NCBI GenBank assembly: GCA_013239625.1
Contig: MU054323.1
Location: forward strand, 12,593,694 to 12,657,693
Reading direction: 5' to 3'
Source: Lama guanicoe
Taxonomy: Eukaryota
DNA: 64,000 nt
Notes under the pieces: generated by a model
What the model saw: only the letters and a program-made list of their open reading frames with translations
Database searches by the model: none
Told to the model about the DNA's origin: nothing
In this document: piece by piece, positions 1 through 10,780 of the stretch
How the letters are laid out: each line of letters begins with the position of its first letter
How positions within the stretch are numbered: the stretch's first letter is position 1
Program-made: the position numbers and the translations under genes

Positions 1-981
1 CCCCTTAAATCTCCTCCAGTCTGTGACAGTTCCTCAGTCTTTCCTTGTCCTCGTGACCATAAAACTTTTGGAGAATATTGAAATTGTGAAGAGTACAGTT
101 CTTTGTAGGTTGTCTCTTCATTTGAATCTGTCTGATATTTTTCTCTTGATCAGATTGAAGCTATGCATTTTTAGCAGGAAACTTCAAAGTGATGTCCTTA
201 CCAGGAGGATGTGACATCATGGGGTATGTGATGTTGCTATGTAAAGGAATTTCAGAACTGCTAATAACCTGTATGCCTGTGAGAAACAAGTTCACTAAGG
301 TACAGTACTTCACGCAGTAATTCTTTTCTTAAACTTACAGTATATAGTCAACATACATGTTTTCAAAGCCACTTAGATTAGTCCTTCTCTGCTTCATTCC
401 CTTTAATGTGCTTATGTTATTTATTTGTAATAAAGTGAAGTTCATTTGTTGTAATTTATATTCTCTTTTGGGTTTCCTTCAGTCTGGTTGAATTTTTAGA
501 AAGTTTACATTAAGACATGTTTTTAAGGAAAGTATATTCTCTTCAGTAGAAAGATTCTGTTGGCAACTCTCTTAAAGTAGAGGCCCAGCTAAGTTAAGCC
601 CAAAAATATAATTTGTTTGTCTACATGGACATTTTTGTGTTTTTTTTAACAATTGTGAATTCCTTGCTAATATTAAGAAATTGGGATATTTCACATAAAA
701 AGTCCAAATTGACAGTTTTGCTTAAAAGAGTCAGATCTATCTACCCTGAGGCTGCCTTCCCATATGAAAACAATTCCAATACAGTAGGTCTGTTGTGGGA
801 CAAGGAAGTTCCCCTAGAGGCCTGAAGGGCTCCAGTGATTGAGATCTACTGCTCAGAGAGACAGAGTGAGGGACACGTGGAAAAGCCAGGGTTAGAACAA
901 GATCCTCTGATCCAAGCCATCCTCTCATTACACCATGTTCCTTTTGAGCATTAATATCAAATTAATAAAATCATACCTTTC

Positions 982-1165
982 AAAGATTTACTGTAGAGCA
1001 CAGGGAACTATATTCAATATCTTATAATAACCTACAATAGAAAAGAATATGAAAAAGAATATACACATTTATACACTTCTGAATCACTGTGCTATACACC
1101 TGAAGCTAACACAGTGTTGTAAATCAACTATAGTTCAATAAATAAATAAATAAGTGAAAATGAAA
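982..1165 (+). mobile_element. 5'-truncated L1 3' end
   Basis: TAGAGCACAGGGAACTATATTCAATATCTT...TTGTAAATCAACTATAGTTCAATAAATAAA. Possible TSD aaaatcatacctttc / aaaatatatgcctttc. Confidence 0.8.
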
Positions 1166-1559
1166 AAAATATATGCCTTTCTGTGGGAAGTTTAGAATAG
1201 TGACTAAAGGGACAGGCTATGAAGTCAGACGGGAGTTCAAAGTTCAAACACTGGCTCCTCCATTTACTACTATATAATCTTCCTTATTCCTTTAACCTCT
1301 CCCTAACTTCCTTAACTTGTTAGGACTTCAGTGGCCTCATCCATAAAACAGGAATAACAACATTTTGCACCTTACAATTGTGGTAAAGTATATCCAAGGT
1401 AATTTTCAAACTGTGTACAGCCCAGTGCTTGTATTGAAAAGTTCACTGCAGCTGCTACTTTACGTATGAGATTGCTCATCAGAAGGACTATTCAGCATCA
1501 TGATCAGTTGAATGAATGAACAGAGGAATGATCTTCTAATTGGTTTTCCTATTTCTGCT

Positions 1560-1918
1560 TCTGTAGGGTGAGACAAGTGAGGCACTTAAAGGGGTGCCAA
1601 AAACCTCAGTGATCCAGATAAATTGTATTTTAATGAAATACTTTTTAAAACCAAAACAAATACCAAAAAATGGTGGGAAAGCATTAAAATTTAAAGACAG
1701 GATCTACACTAGCACAATCCCATTGTACTTTTCCTAATCTAATCTCCGCCCTGAGAACTTGATTTTCAAAAACAGGGAACTGGACTGTAGGCCGTAGTTT
1801 GTAGATTTGATTTTTAAAATACTGCTTTAAAATATGGTTTATCTGGATCACTGAGTGTTTTGGCAGCTCTTTAAATTTTGCACCCAAGGTGAGTGCTGCT
1901 CCCTAGTTGAGCCCTGCT
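1560..1918. mobile_element. MER96B-like hAT DNA transposon relic
   Basis: Ends TAGGGTGAGACAAGTGAGGCAC and TTTAAATTTTGCACCCAAGG...CCCTAGTTGAGCCCTG resemble the MER96 family. Family name from memory. Confidence 0.55.
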
Positions 1919-3952
1919 TGTTGCCTTTAGATTTACTCTTTGCATAGCAGAGTGGTCTCTTTAAAGGTAAATCAGATCCTGTCACTGCATTGTTAAATGG
2001 CTTTCCCTTGCGCTTAGTATGAAGTCCAGATTTCTCATTGAGGCCCATACCTATCAGCTTCTACGTAAGCTGGTCCCTGCCTCCCTCCTGAACCTCATCT
2101 GTGCCATTCTTCCCACGGCCTACTCAACTCCAGCTGCACTCGCTGGAAAAAGCAAAATGCCCCAGGGCCTTCATACAGCCTAGAGTATTCCCTTTTCCAA
2201 AATGCTCCTAAATACTTTCCTCTTCAACTGGTATTTCCTTGTCAGGTTTTAGATGTCAGCTTGATGTCCACATATGTTCAAAAGCCTAACTTGACTCTCT
2301 GGTCACTTTTTCATAGCACTATAAATTTTTCCTTCATAAACTTATCACGTTTGCAGTCACATTTTTTTTTTTTGGATAATGATTTGATGTCTGTCATCTT
2401 ATTTGATTGTAATCTACAAGGAGCAAAGTTGATGTCTGTTTCTTTGTTAAACTATTGTTTCTTCCATCTTTATCACCAGTGCCGTGTATGTAGTAAATGC
2501 TTAATAAATACCTAACATAGGCCATAATAAATTGTCAATAAATGTTTGAAATTATTTTTAGAAAGGTAAATCAGATAGTGTATGAATGCAAGAAGGAAAT
2601 CGAATGAACTTTCCAGGCATTTTAATGACTTCCAATGAGTTTCCACTGTTGTTTTGTTTGTTTTTTCAGTCCATGACTATTTCCTTAATTTCAGGCTGCA
2701 GTCCTATACTTACCCTTATCATACTTGTAGCTCCTGAAGATATCTATCTTTAATCCAGAACAGCCTGGTGAATTTTTTATGATTGCCTGAAAGTGTCAAA
2801 GGTAAGTGGATCAGGTATCCAAGCCTTTCAATTAAATGCTACATAAACTTTTCTCCAGCAATAATGACTGTTCGCACCAAAAAAGGCACTAGGCTTTTCC
2901 TTATGGTTATTCTACATCAAATTCAGAAAATGGAAGCTGTTCAACATGCTTCACTTCCTGTGAATGTGGTTTGGCCAAGAAGGAAGAATTGAACCTCTGA
3001 AGCAATAGAACATTCCCCTGACTTTTGCTTCTGATCTTCTAGCTCTGATTCTCAAAATATGGTCCAGGTATCATCAAGCGCTGGCCTCAGAGCTGGGAAC
3101 TTGTTAAACGCAGAATCTAAGATCCCCACCCCCAGAATCTATATTTTAATAAGATCCCTGGGCCTTGAAAAATTTAAGAACGTGTGTTCCTAGTAAGGGT
3201 TTAGTATAAACAGGTAATCATTCCAGAATAGGAAGAGACTCTGTAGTTCAAAGTTTTTCAAACCTGGTTGGTATCAAAATCCTGTGAGATGCTTGTATAA
3301 AAAATACGGATTCTGTGAGAGTCTAATTTTATAGGGTTAGGGTGGGGCTCCAGAATGACTGTGATGCTGCAAACACATAAAATAACATTTGGAAACTGAT
3401 GATTTTGTCCGGCTTTATAATTTAACACAGGAGGCGACAGAGTTAGGAAGCTCTGGCAGCTTGCTCATTGTTGCTACATAGTGACAAAACTGCCCTGGAA
3501 AATAATGTTTTTGGAGGGAGATGGAGGGAGATTATAAGTGTTTAATTTTATATTTTCATTCTGGTAAGTATTTTTAAACATTTTATTATGAAAAATTTCA
3601 AACACATAGAAATATTGAGAGACTTTTCATAGTAAACCACTTTTTAATGACCATTTAGACTCCGCCATTAATGTTTTACTATACTTGCTTTATCACATAT
3701 CTACCCACTTTAATCCATTCCTCTATTCATCCATCCCCAATCTATCTTTTTGTATGCATTTCATAATAAATTGCACACGTTAGTACATCCTCCCAAACAC
3801 TGCATCATGCTTAGGAGGTAATTTGTTTGACTTCTCATCTTTACATGGTATCACACACTTTTCATAAGAAGGGCAAGAAAACTATAAAGAAAGCAGAAGT
3901 AGGAAAAACAGTAAAAACATGTAAGAGAAGGAAAGTAAGAAACATTGGCATA

Positions 3953-4056
3953 GTGCTCACTTCGGCAGCACATACATTAAAATTGGATACAGAGAAGATC
4001 AGCATGGCCCCTGTGCAAGGATGACGTGCAAATTCAGCAAGTGTTCCATATTTTTT
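3953..4056 (+). pseudogene. RNU6: U6 snRNA retropseudogene, full length
   Basis: GTGCTCACTTCGGCAGCACATAC...ATACAGAGAAGATCAGCATGGCCCCTGTGCAAGGATGAC...GTTCCATATTTTTT aligns end to end with U6. It has a 4-nt deletion before the ACAGAGA box and CpG-decay substitutions. No PSE or TATA is evident upstream. Confidence 0.95.
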
Positions 4057-4125
4057 CACTTTGCTGTACACCAGAAACTAAAACAACATTGTAAATCAAC
4101 TATACGATGATACAAAAAAATTAAA
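4057..4125 (+). mobile_element. L1 3' terminus fused to U6 (U6-L1 chimera)
   Basis: CACTTTGCTGTACACCAGAAACTAAAACAACATTGTAAATCAACTATA followed by an A-rich tail. Same terminal motif as the L1 ends at about 1085, 13720 and 37675. Confidence 0.88.
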
Positions 4126-4544
4126 AAGAAATCCTGGCACATTTAAAGATGATTACCTATACAATTTTTGAAGTACAGAAAACCTCATACAAATCTAGTA
4201 AGTTTGTGCAAATTACTACGGAGAGTAATTTTTTGAAAAGAGTATCTCCCAGATACATATTAACTTTATGAAGACTGATCTTTGGCACTAGACCCAATAT
4301 TTGGAGCTAGCATGCTATTGTTCCTTCTGACAGCATTTCCCTCCTAGAAATCATGGTATTCACATCCTAAATATACACATCCTGTAACAGCCCTAGATCT
4401 GGCCTCTTTCCAGGACACTAGGATACCAGTGATGTGAAATAAAACTGAATCTTGAAAGACTGGGGAAATTCAAATTCCTTCCCAGTAATAAGAAACAAAT
4501 GTGGACTATGCTTCTGTTTTCTCCTGACAGTGAAAATTTTTTAT

Positions 4545-5590
4545 TTAAAAAAATTGTGTAAAACACATATAAAATTTTAATCATTTTAACATTAAAAAAT
4601 TAAATCTTTAATTTTTTGAACAGTTTTAGATTTATAGAAAAATTGAGCAGATGGTACAGAGAATTCCCATATAGCCCCTCCGCCTGCAATCATTTCTCTT
4701 ATTATTAACATCTTGCATCTAAATGTCGTATTTTTTGTAGTAAATGAACCAATACATTCTAATAGGTGTGTCATGGTATGATCATAACCATTTTTTTTTA
4801 AATTTTAAGATTTGGCTTTATTCAGCTCTTCATGACTATGGCATTATCCCAGCTAGCAGAGAGAAAGGAGCTCCCCATTGTAACCATTTTTAAGTTCACA
4901 GTTCAGCAGCATTAAGTACATTCACATTATTGTGCTACCATCACCACCATTAATCCATAGCACTCTTTTCATCTAGCATGACTGAAACTCTGTAACCATT
5001 TAACAGCTCCCCATTCCCCCTTCCCTCCAGCCTCTGCAACCACCATTCCACTTTGTCTTTAAGAATTTGACTGTTCTAAGTACCTTATGTAAGTGGAATC
5101 ATGTGGCATTTGTCTTTTTGCAACTAACTTATTTCACTGAGCATGTCCTCAAGGCTCATCCCTGTTGTGGCATAAGTCAGAAATTCCTTCCTTTTTAAGA
5201 CTGAATAATATTCCTGTGTGTGTGTGTGTATACATATATATACATATGTATAATTTAGCTACGAACATGGGTGTTTCGAGACCCTCCTATCAGGTCTTTT
5301 GAATATATTAGGATATATCCAGAAGTGAAATTGAATATACTCAGAAGTAGAATTTGAATGTATCCAGAAATGGAATTGCTGGTAACTCTATTTTTAATTT
5401 TTTTTTTGAGGAACCACCATACTATTTTCCACAACAACTGCACAATTTTACATTCTCACCAACAGTGCACAAGGGTTCCAATCTCTCCACATTCTTTTCA
5501 GCATTTATTTCCTGTGCTTTCTGTTTGCTTTGTTTTTAGTAGTAGTCACCCTAATGAGTGTGAACTGGCTTCTCATTGTTGTTTTGTCCT
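4545..5590 (-). mobile_element. Old L1 (L1MA/L1MB-type) 3' UTR fragments
   Basis: Typical antisense L1 3' text, e.g. AAGTGGAATCATGTGGCATTTGTCTTTT, GAGGAACCACCATACTATTTTCCACAAC, CAACAGTGCACAAGGGTTCCAAT. Confidence 0.8.
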
Positions 5591-5882
5591 GAGGGTGAAT
5601 TTTAATGATACGTATACTGGCTGTCAATATAGGCCAGATAGAAGGAGTTCGTAGGTGATCAGCCTTTCAATTAGAAATTGTTAGAACTTCATGGTACTCT
5701 GCTTTGGGACAAAGCAAATATCCCTGTAAATTTCAGCAGAGAAGTTAATTGGGCACCAGTGTATTGATTTTCAATTTTTATTTTTTTAGTTTAGAGATTC
5801 CTTTACTGTCACTAAAGTTCCCCTCCCCGAATTTAGATTCTCTTATCATATCAAGCATTTGCTTTATGCAGTTTTGTATATG

Positions 5883-5884
<2 letters not shown>

Positions 5885-5918
<34 letters not shown>
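5885..5918. repeat. (GT)17 microsatellite
   Basis: Perfect dinucleotide run. Confidence 0.95.
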
Positions 5919-5919
<1 letters not shown>

Positions 5920-6279
5920 GTTATTGTGGGTTTTACTGGAGTATGTTATAAAAATGCCCAAATTCTAGTTCCTGTGGTGTGACAGCCATTCACTCAGAGT
6001 CTCTCTAGTACTTCCTAGGGATAGTGTTTGCTGTGTGTGCTTCAGAATCAGTTTTGCCTCTCTCCCTGCTCCTACATGGTGCCAGACCCAGGCCTCCACT
6101 CAGCTAGAGCCCCTGCTTACTCCTCTGCCAGTCTTCATCTTGCAGTTCTGGGACAGCTCGTCTCTTTTAGACCTCAGCCTCTACTCTTCCTACTAGAGAA
6201 GGGTCCCTCACCACCAGTGGCTGCACAAGGGAAATCGAGGGGCGGGTGGGGGTGAGAAACTCTGTCCTCTCTCTTTATT

Positions 6280-6935
6280 ATTTCTTTTCCTTGCCTTGTT
6301 GCAGTGACTTCCATTAAGTTCTAGAACTTCCAGTACTGTGTTAAAAAAGAGAGGTGAGTGGATGTCCTTGACTTGTCCCTGATTTTAGAGGGGAAAGCAT
6401 TCAGTCTTTTACCGTTTTTTTCTTAATGGAAGTATAGTCGATTTACAATGTTGTGTTAATTTTTGGTGTACCGTATACTGACTCATTTATACATGTATTC
6501 CTTTTCATATTCTTTTTCACTATAGGCCATTACAAGGCATTGAATATAGTTTCCTGTGCTACATGGATTAGGACCTTGTTTACCTATTATATATTTAGTA
6601 GTTAGTATCTACAAATCCTGAGCTCCCCATCTTCTTTCCCTCCTGGTAACTGTAAGTTTGTTTTCTATGTCTGTGAGTCTGTCTCTATTTTGTAAATAAG
6701 TTCATTTGTGTCCTTTTGTTGTTGTTGTTGTTGTTGTTGCTGTTTGAGATTCTACTTCAGTTCTACTTCATTCTACTTCATTCATTTTGAGTATGCTGTT
6801 AGCTGTAGGGTTTTTTGTGGATTTTTTTTTTTATCAAGCTGGGGAATTTCCCTCCACTTTTAGTCTGCTAAGAGGCTTTCTTTCCTTGAATGGATGTTGG
6901 ATTTTTATCAAATGCTTTTTCTGTATCAATAATGC
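6280..6935 (-). mobile_element. L1 ORF2 fragment with a younger L1 3' end (about 6415-6750) nested inside
   Basis: GGGGAAAGCATTCAGTCTTTT and ATCAAATGCTTTTTCTGTATC (antisense ORF2) flank GAAGTATAGTCGATTTACAATGTTGTG, an antisense L1 tail. Confidence 0.7.
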
Positions 6936-9249
6936 CAGCTTTTTGAGTCCACATTTCTGATTCCTGCAAATTCCTCTTTCCAGAATGATTGTGGGAATTT
7001 CTACTTCCTTTAGGTGATCGCTACCCATGCCCAAAATGGTTGGGCTGGAGGCTCTCAAAAGGCTATCACTTCAAAATAGACTTGCCATGAAAATCAGTAC
7101 GTTTTCAATGTCAGGAATATTTGCTCTCAACTCCACGTGCAGAAAGACATCGACAACACAGTTGATGCTAAACTTCACTCTGTCTTGCCCAGTTTCATTT
7201 TCACGAACAGTTCCAGGAATCTTACCCAGGGTCCTGAAACACTTCACTGCTGTCCGGCGGTGGGGGGGGGGGGTCTCAGCAAGTACTCAAACAAAAACAC
7301 TCCCCAAAACAAGGAACAAGTTACACTAAAGAGCGCTCTTTGAAACACTGGTTTTGCAGGATTCTGTGGTGATATGAATTTGTGAGATGTTGATAAAGGA
7401 GGTTAAACAGTATTCTTTATCCGAAGAGGTCTCAGAGCTTTTTAAATGATAATATGTATTATAAATCTCCTAAGAGAAGAAATATAGGGGGAGTTCTTTC
7501 CTCAATTTTTTTGATTATGGAACTGTTTTATTTCAGAACATCTCTGGGTCATGAGCTTTGGAGAATGCTGGTTTACAGGTGAAGGCAATATAAATTCACG
7601 GGAAGAAATATTTTTTGTCCCAACCCCAAAAAAGTAATATAGGCTAACAGAAAAAAATTTGCCTTTTATTCTTTTCAATATAGTACAAGATTAAAGTACA
7701 CTAAGTTTAAATTTAGTGTTTAGGTTACTAGTTTGTTTTTCCTACCAAAAAGATGGGGGGCTTGATTTGCATCAGAAGCCTATTCAGGGGAACCTTTCAT
7801 ATTAACAGAAAAGTTCGCCCCAAATGGGTCTTGAGAGAGAAAATCTTTGAAATGCTAGTCTATAGTTTCAGCATGTGTCCTGAGATTTAAAAACTGTTTT
7901 GGAAGAATGCCCCCAGTTACATTTAAATGCGATTATTTGTAGTCTTTTTTTTTTTTTTTTTTTTTTGCAAGCCACTGAAGGTTTGAGCAGGAGGGTTAAG
8001 TTAGGAGTATGGCTTCTGGAGTCAAACAGCCTGAGTTCATACTCTGGCTTGTTGTTATCCCTGTCCTCACAAGTGGTGAGATCTCGGACAAGTCATTTAA
8101 TCTCCCTGTGATCTCATTTTTACAGTTTACAAGTACTTTCACAAGTACCTGTAACAACTCAAAGTAAGGCAAATAATTTGATCATCTCCATTTAACTCTT
8201 GGTGGAACATTCTCAGGATGTATAAATTACTTGTCGAAGTTCACAGATAAATGAAGCCACAGTGACTCAAAATCAGATATTCATTTAGACTTTAATACAT
8301 TTTTTCCACTTTATTATATGTTGCCTCCCAACATCAGATAAAACTGGTGTATTTGCCATTTTAAAATGGAGTGAATATTTAGATTACATTAATACAACTT
8401 TGCATATGAATAAACAGGTTAAAGATGTAGTTTGGATAATCTACGAAGATTTCTTGAAGAAAGTCTGCAGGAATGTGGGAGGGCAATCAACTTCCATAGC
8501 TTTTATTGAGCACCTATGCGTCAGATCCTTTTCTACATATTTTACAAATGATTATCCTCCCAGTAGCACGTTGATTAGGTTTCAAGGAAGAGGAAATTAG
8601 GCTTTCTGAGATAATATTAAGCTTTCTGAGATAATCTAATGAGCCCCAAATACACAGAACAAAGAATTGTGTATCTCGATCACACTGCACAAATCCACAC
8701 TTGATAAAATGACATACAACTATACACACATCATACATATGTCAAATCCCTGCTTTTGATATTGTACTAAAATTACGTAACCTTTGGGGGAAACTGGGTA
8801 AATTGGACCTCTCTGCTCTATCTCTGAATCAGAGTATTGGTCAGGTATTTTATAGACGACTCAATTTGGGTTTGTCCAATGTTCTTCTCACAGTTAGATA
8901 GGGGTTATGGGTTTTGGGGAGGCAGACCACAGAGGTCTGTACTATATTTGCAACTAACTGTGACTCAATCTACTAATTATTTTGAAATACAAAGTAAAAA
9001 ACAAAAGTTATTCTCCAAAATTTGTAAATTTACTTGACTACAATCCTTTCTCGTCCCACAACACACTTATTAACAATTCTTGTTTGGAAGCTGGACAGAG
9101 AAAATAAGCTTAACTGTATGTTTTTAGCACCTTGTATTTGGCACTTCTAGTCAACAAAAAGATTTGGGGGTCGGGGGGGCGTTGGGATACGCATGGGCTT
9201 GGGGAGGTCGCTCGGTTTCTTCAAATCCAAACTAGACGTTTTTCAGACT

Positions 9250-10780
9250 GCTATCCTCAGACTATAGCTGCGACCCAGACCGTGTCTCGTTTGGGCCATG
9301 GCCAAACAGCGGAACCGGGGGTGGGGGGAACCATCCGGACGCAGCTAGAACATTAGCAAGGGGCAAGGGGCCTCAAGGTGTCTCAGCCAGGTGGCATGGA
9401 CGCAAGTCCCCGCTTAGCAGAAATACACGCCCCAACCCCCTACGCCCCCCCTCCTCCGGCGGCCCGGAGTAGAGGACCCGGGCGGAGCCCAGGCAGCGGC
9501 CACTCCCTCGCCTTGGAAAAAGAAACTGGGACGTTGCGGACGCGGAGCTGGCCGGACCAGCGGCGCGTGGCACGCAGGAGCCCTCCGGCGCATGCTCCGC
9601 CCGCCCGCCTCTTGCTCCCGCCCCGGGTCCCGCCTCTCTCGCTCTCTCCCCCTCCCCTGCCAGCCTCCCTCCGAGCTTGGCCCCACTGGGCGCGCGGCCG
9701 ACGTCCCGCGTGCGTGCCGGCGCCTGACTTCACTTCCGGCTAACGCGCTCCGCTTGCCCCCTGGCCCCGGATGGTGACTGGCGGTGGTGCTGCACCTCCC
9801 AGGACTGTCACTGAGCCGCTTCCCAGTGTGATTGTGCTGAGCGCAGGCCGGAAGATGGCGGCTGCGGCTGCGGCGGCCTCGGGCCCGGGCTGCTCCTCAG
9901 CGGCGGGGGCGGGAGCGGCTGGGGTCTCCGAGTGGCTGGTGCTGCGGGACGGCTGCATGCGTTGCGACGCCGACGGGCTGCACAGCCTCTCCTACCACCC
10001 GGCGCTCAACGCCATCCTGGCCGTCACCAGTCGCGGGACCATCAAAGTCATCGACGGCACCTCAGGGGCTACCCTGCAGGCCTCGGCGCTCAGCGGTGAG
10101 TGTGCGGCACGCCGGGCGGGGACCGGACCCGGCGCGGGAGGAGGACGCCAGGGAGGGAAGCCGCCCAGCCCGGGGCTCGGCCTCTGGAGGAGGGAAGCGG
10201 CGTGACGGGAGCTGGTGGCGGAGGGCAGGGCTGGGGGCTCGGGCCTGGCTCTGAAGGGAGGCCCGGAAGCTGAGGGAGGAGGACCTTAGGACTTGGCTTT
10301 TTCAGCGGCTGCAGCTAGGGAGGAAAGATGGGCGAGGCGGGGAGTGGTGGGAGTTGCCTTTCGGGCCTTGAGCGTCCGGTGTAGGTTGGTCCTCTGGGAG
10401 AGGTGAGGAGGCCCCGGAACTCGGCATTGGAGAAGCCCAGGCCCCCAGCTAGGTCCTGGGGAGGGTGTCCGTACTGCCTAATGCTGGATCAGAGACCGAA
10501 AGGGTCGCAGGGTTGGTACCGACTTGAGAGGCCGGTGGCGGGAGCCGAGCGTCCGAGCCGGCATCCAAGCCCTCCCCTCTTGTGGAGAGAAGTGGTTCCG
10601 CGGCTGTTCCTGGGACCCACAGGTGCGGGGATGTACCGCCGGCTTCGAAAAAAAAAGGGGTGGGCCTGGAGTGGGGGTGGGGAGGGAAGCAGGCGGGCCA
10701 GCTGCCTGAACTGTTCGGTCGACGACTTTAGGACTCGGGCGGACGCCATGGAAGACTAGACCTTGTCCCCTAGCTCGGGG
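9250..10780. promoter_or_regulatory. CpG island and apparently TATA-less BIRC6 promoter with GC boxes, ETS and YY1 motifs
   Basis: Abrupt GC- and CpG-rich stretch in an AT-rich background. CCGCCC boxes near 9597-9625, CACTTCCGG (ETS/GABP) at 9731-9739, CCGGAAGATGGCGGC (ETS plus YY1) at 9848-9862. Confidence 0.88.
9771..10095 (+). CDS. BIRC6: BIRC6 coding exon 1 (MVTGGGAAPP...TLQASALS)
   Basis: ORF 9771 matches the recognisable BIRC6 N-terminus (MAAAAAAASGPG...EWLVLRDGC...YHPALNAILAVTSRGTIKVIDGTSG). Donor CAGCG|GTGAGT after 10095. 325 nt, phase 1. Confidence 0.97.

Noticed and set aside
3953..4056. Functional U6 snRNA gene
   Set aside because: It has an internal 4-nt deletion, CpG decay, no evident PSE or TATA, an L1 fusion and a TSD, so it is a retrocopy.
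8601..8636. Short tandem duplications (GCTTTCTGAGATAAT twice; similar at 37001-37037 and 60914-60933) and an AT-rich repeat at 49596-49645
   Set aside because: Two-copy slippage products without spacers. Not CRISPR-like or array-like.
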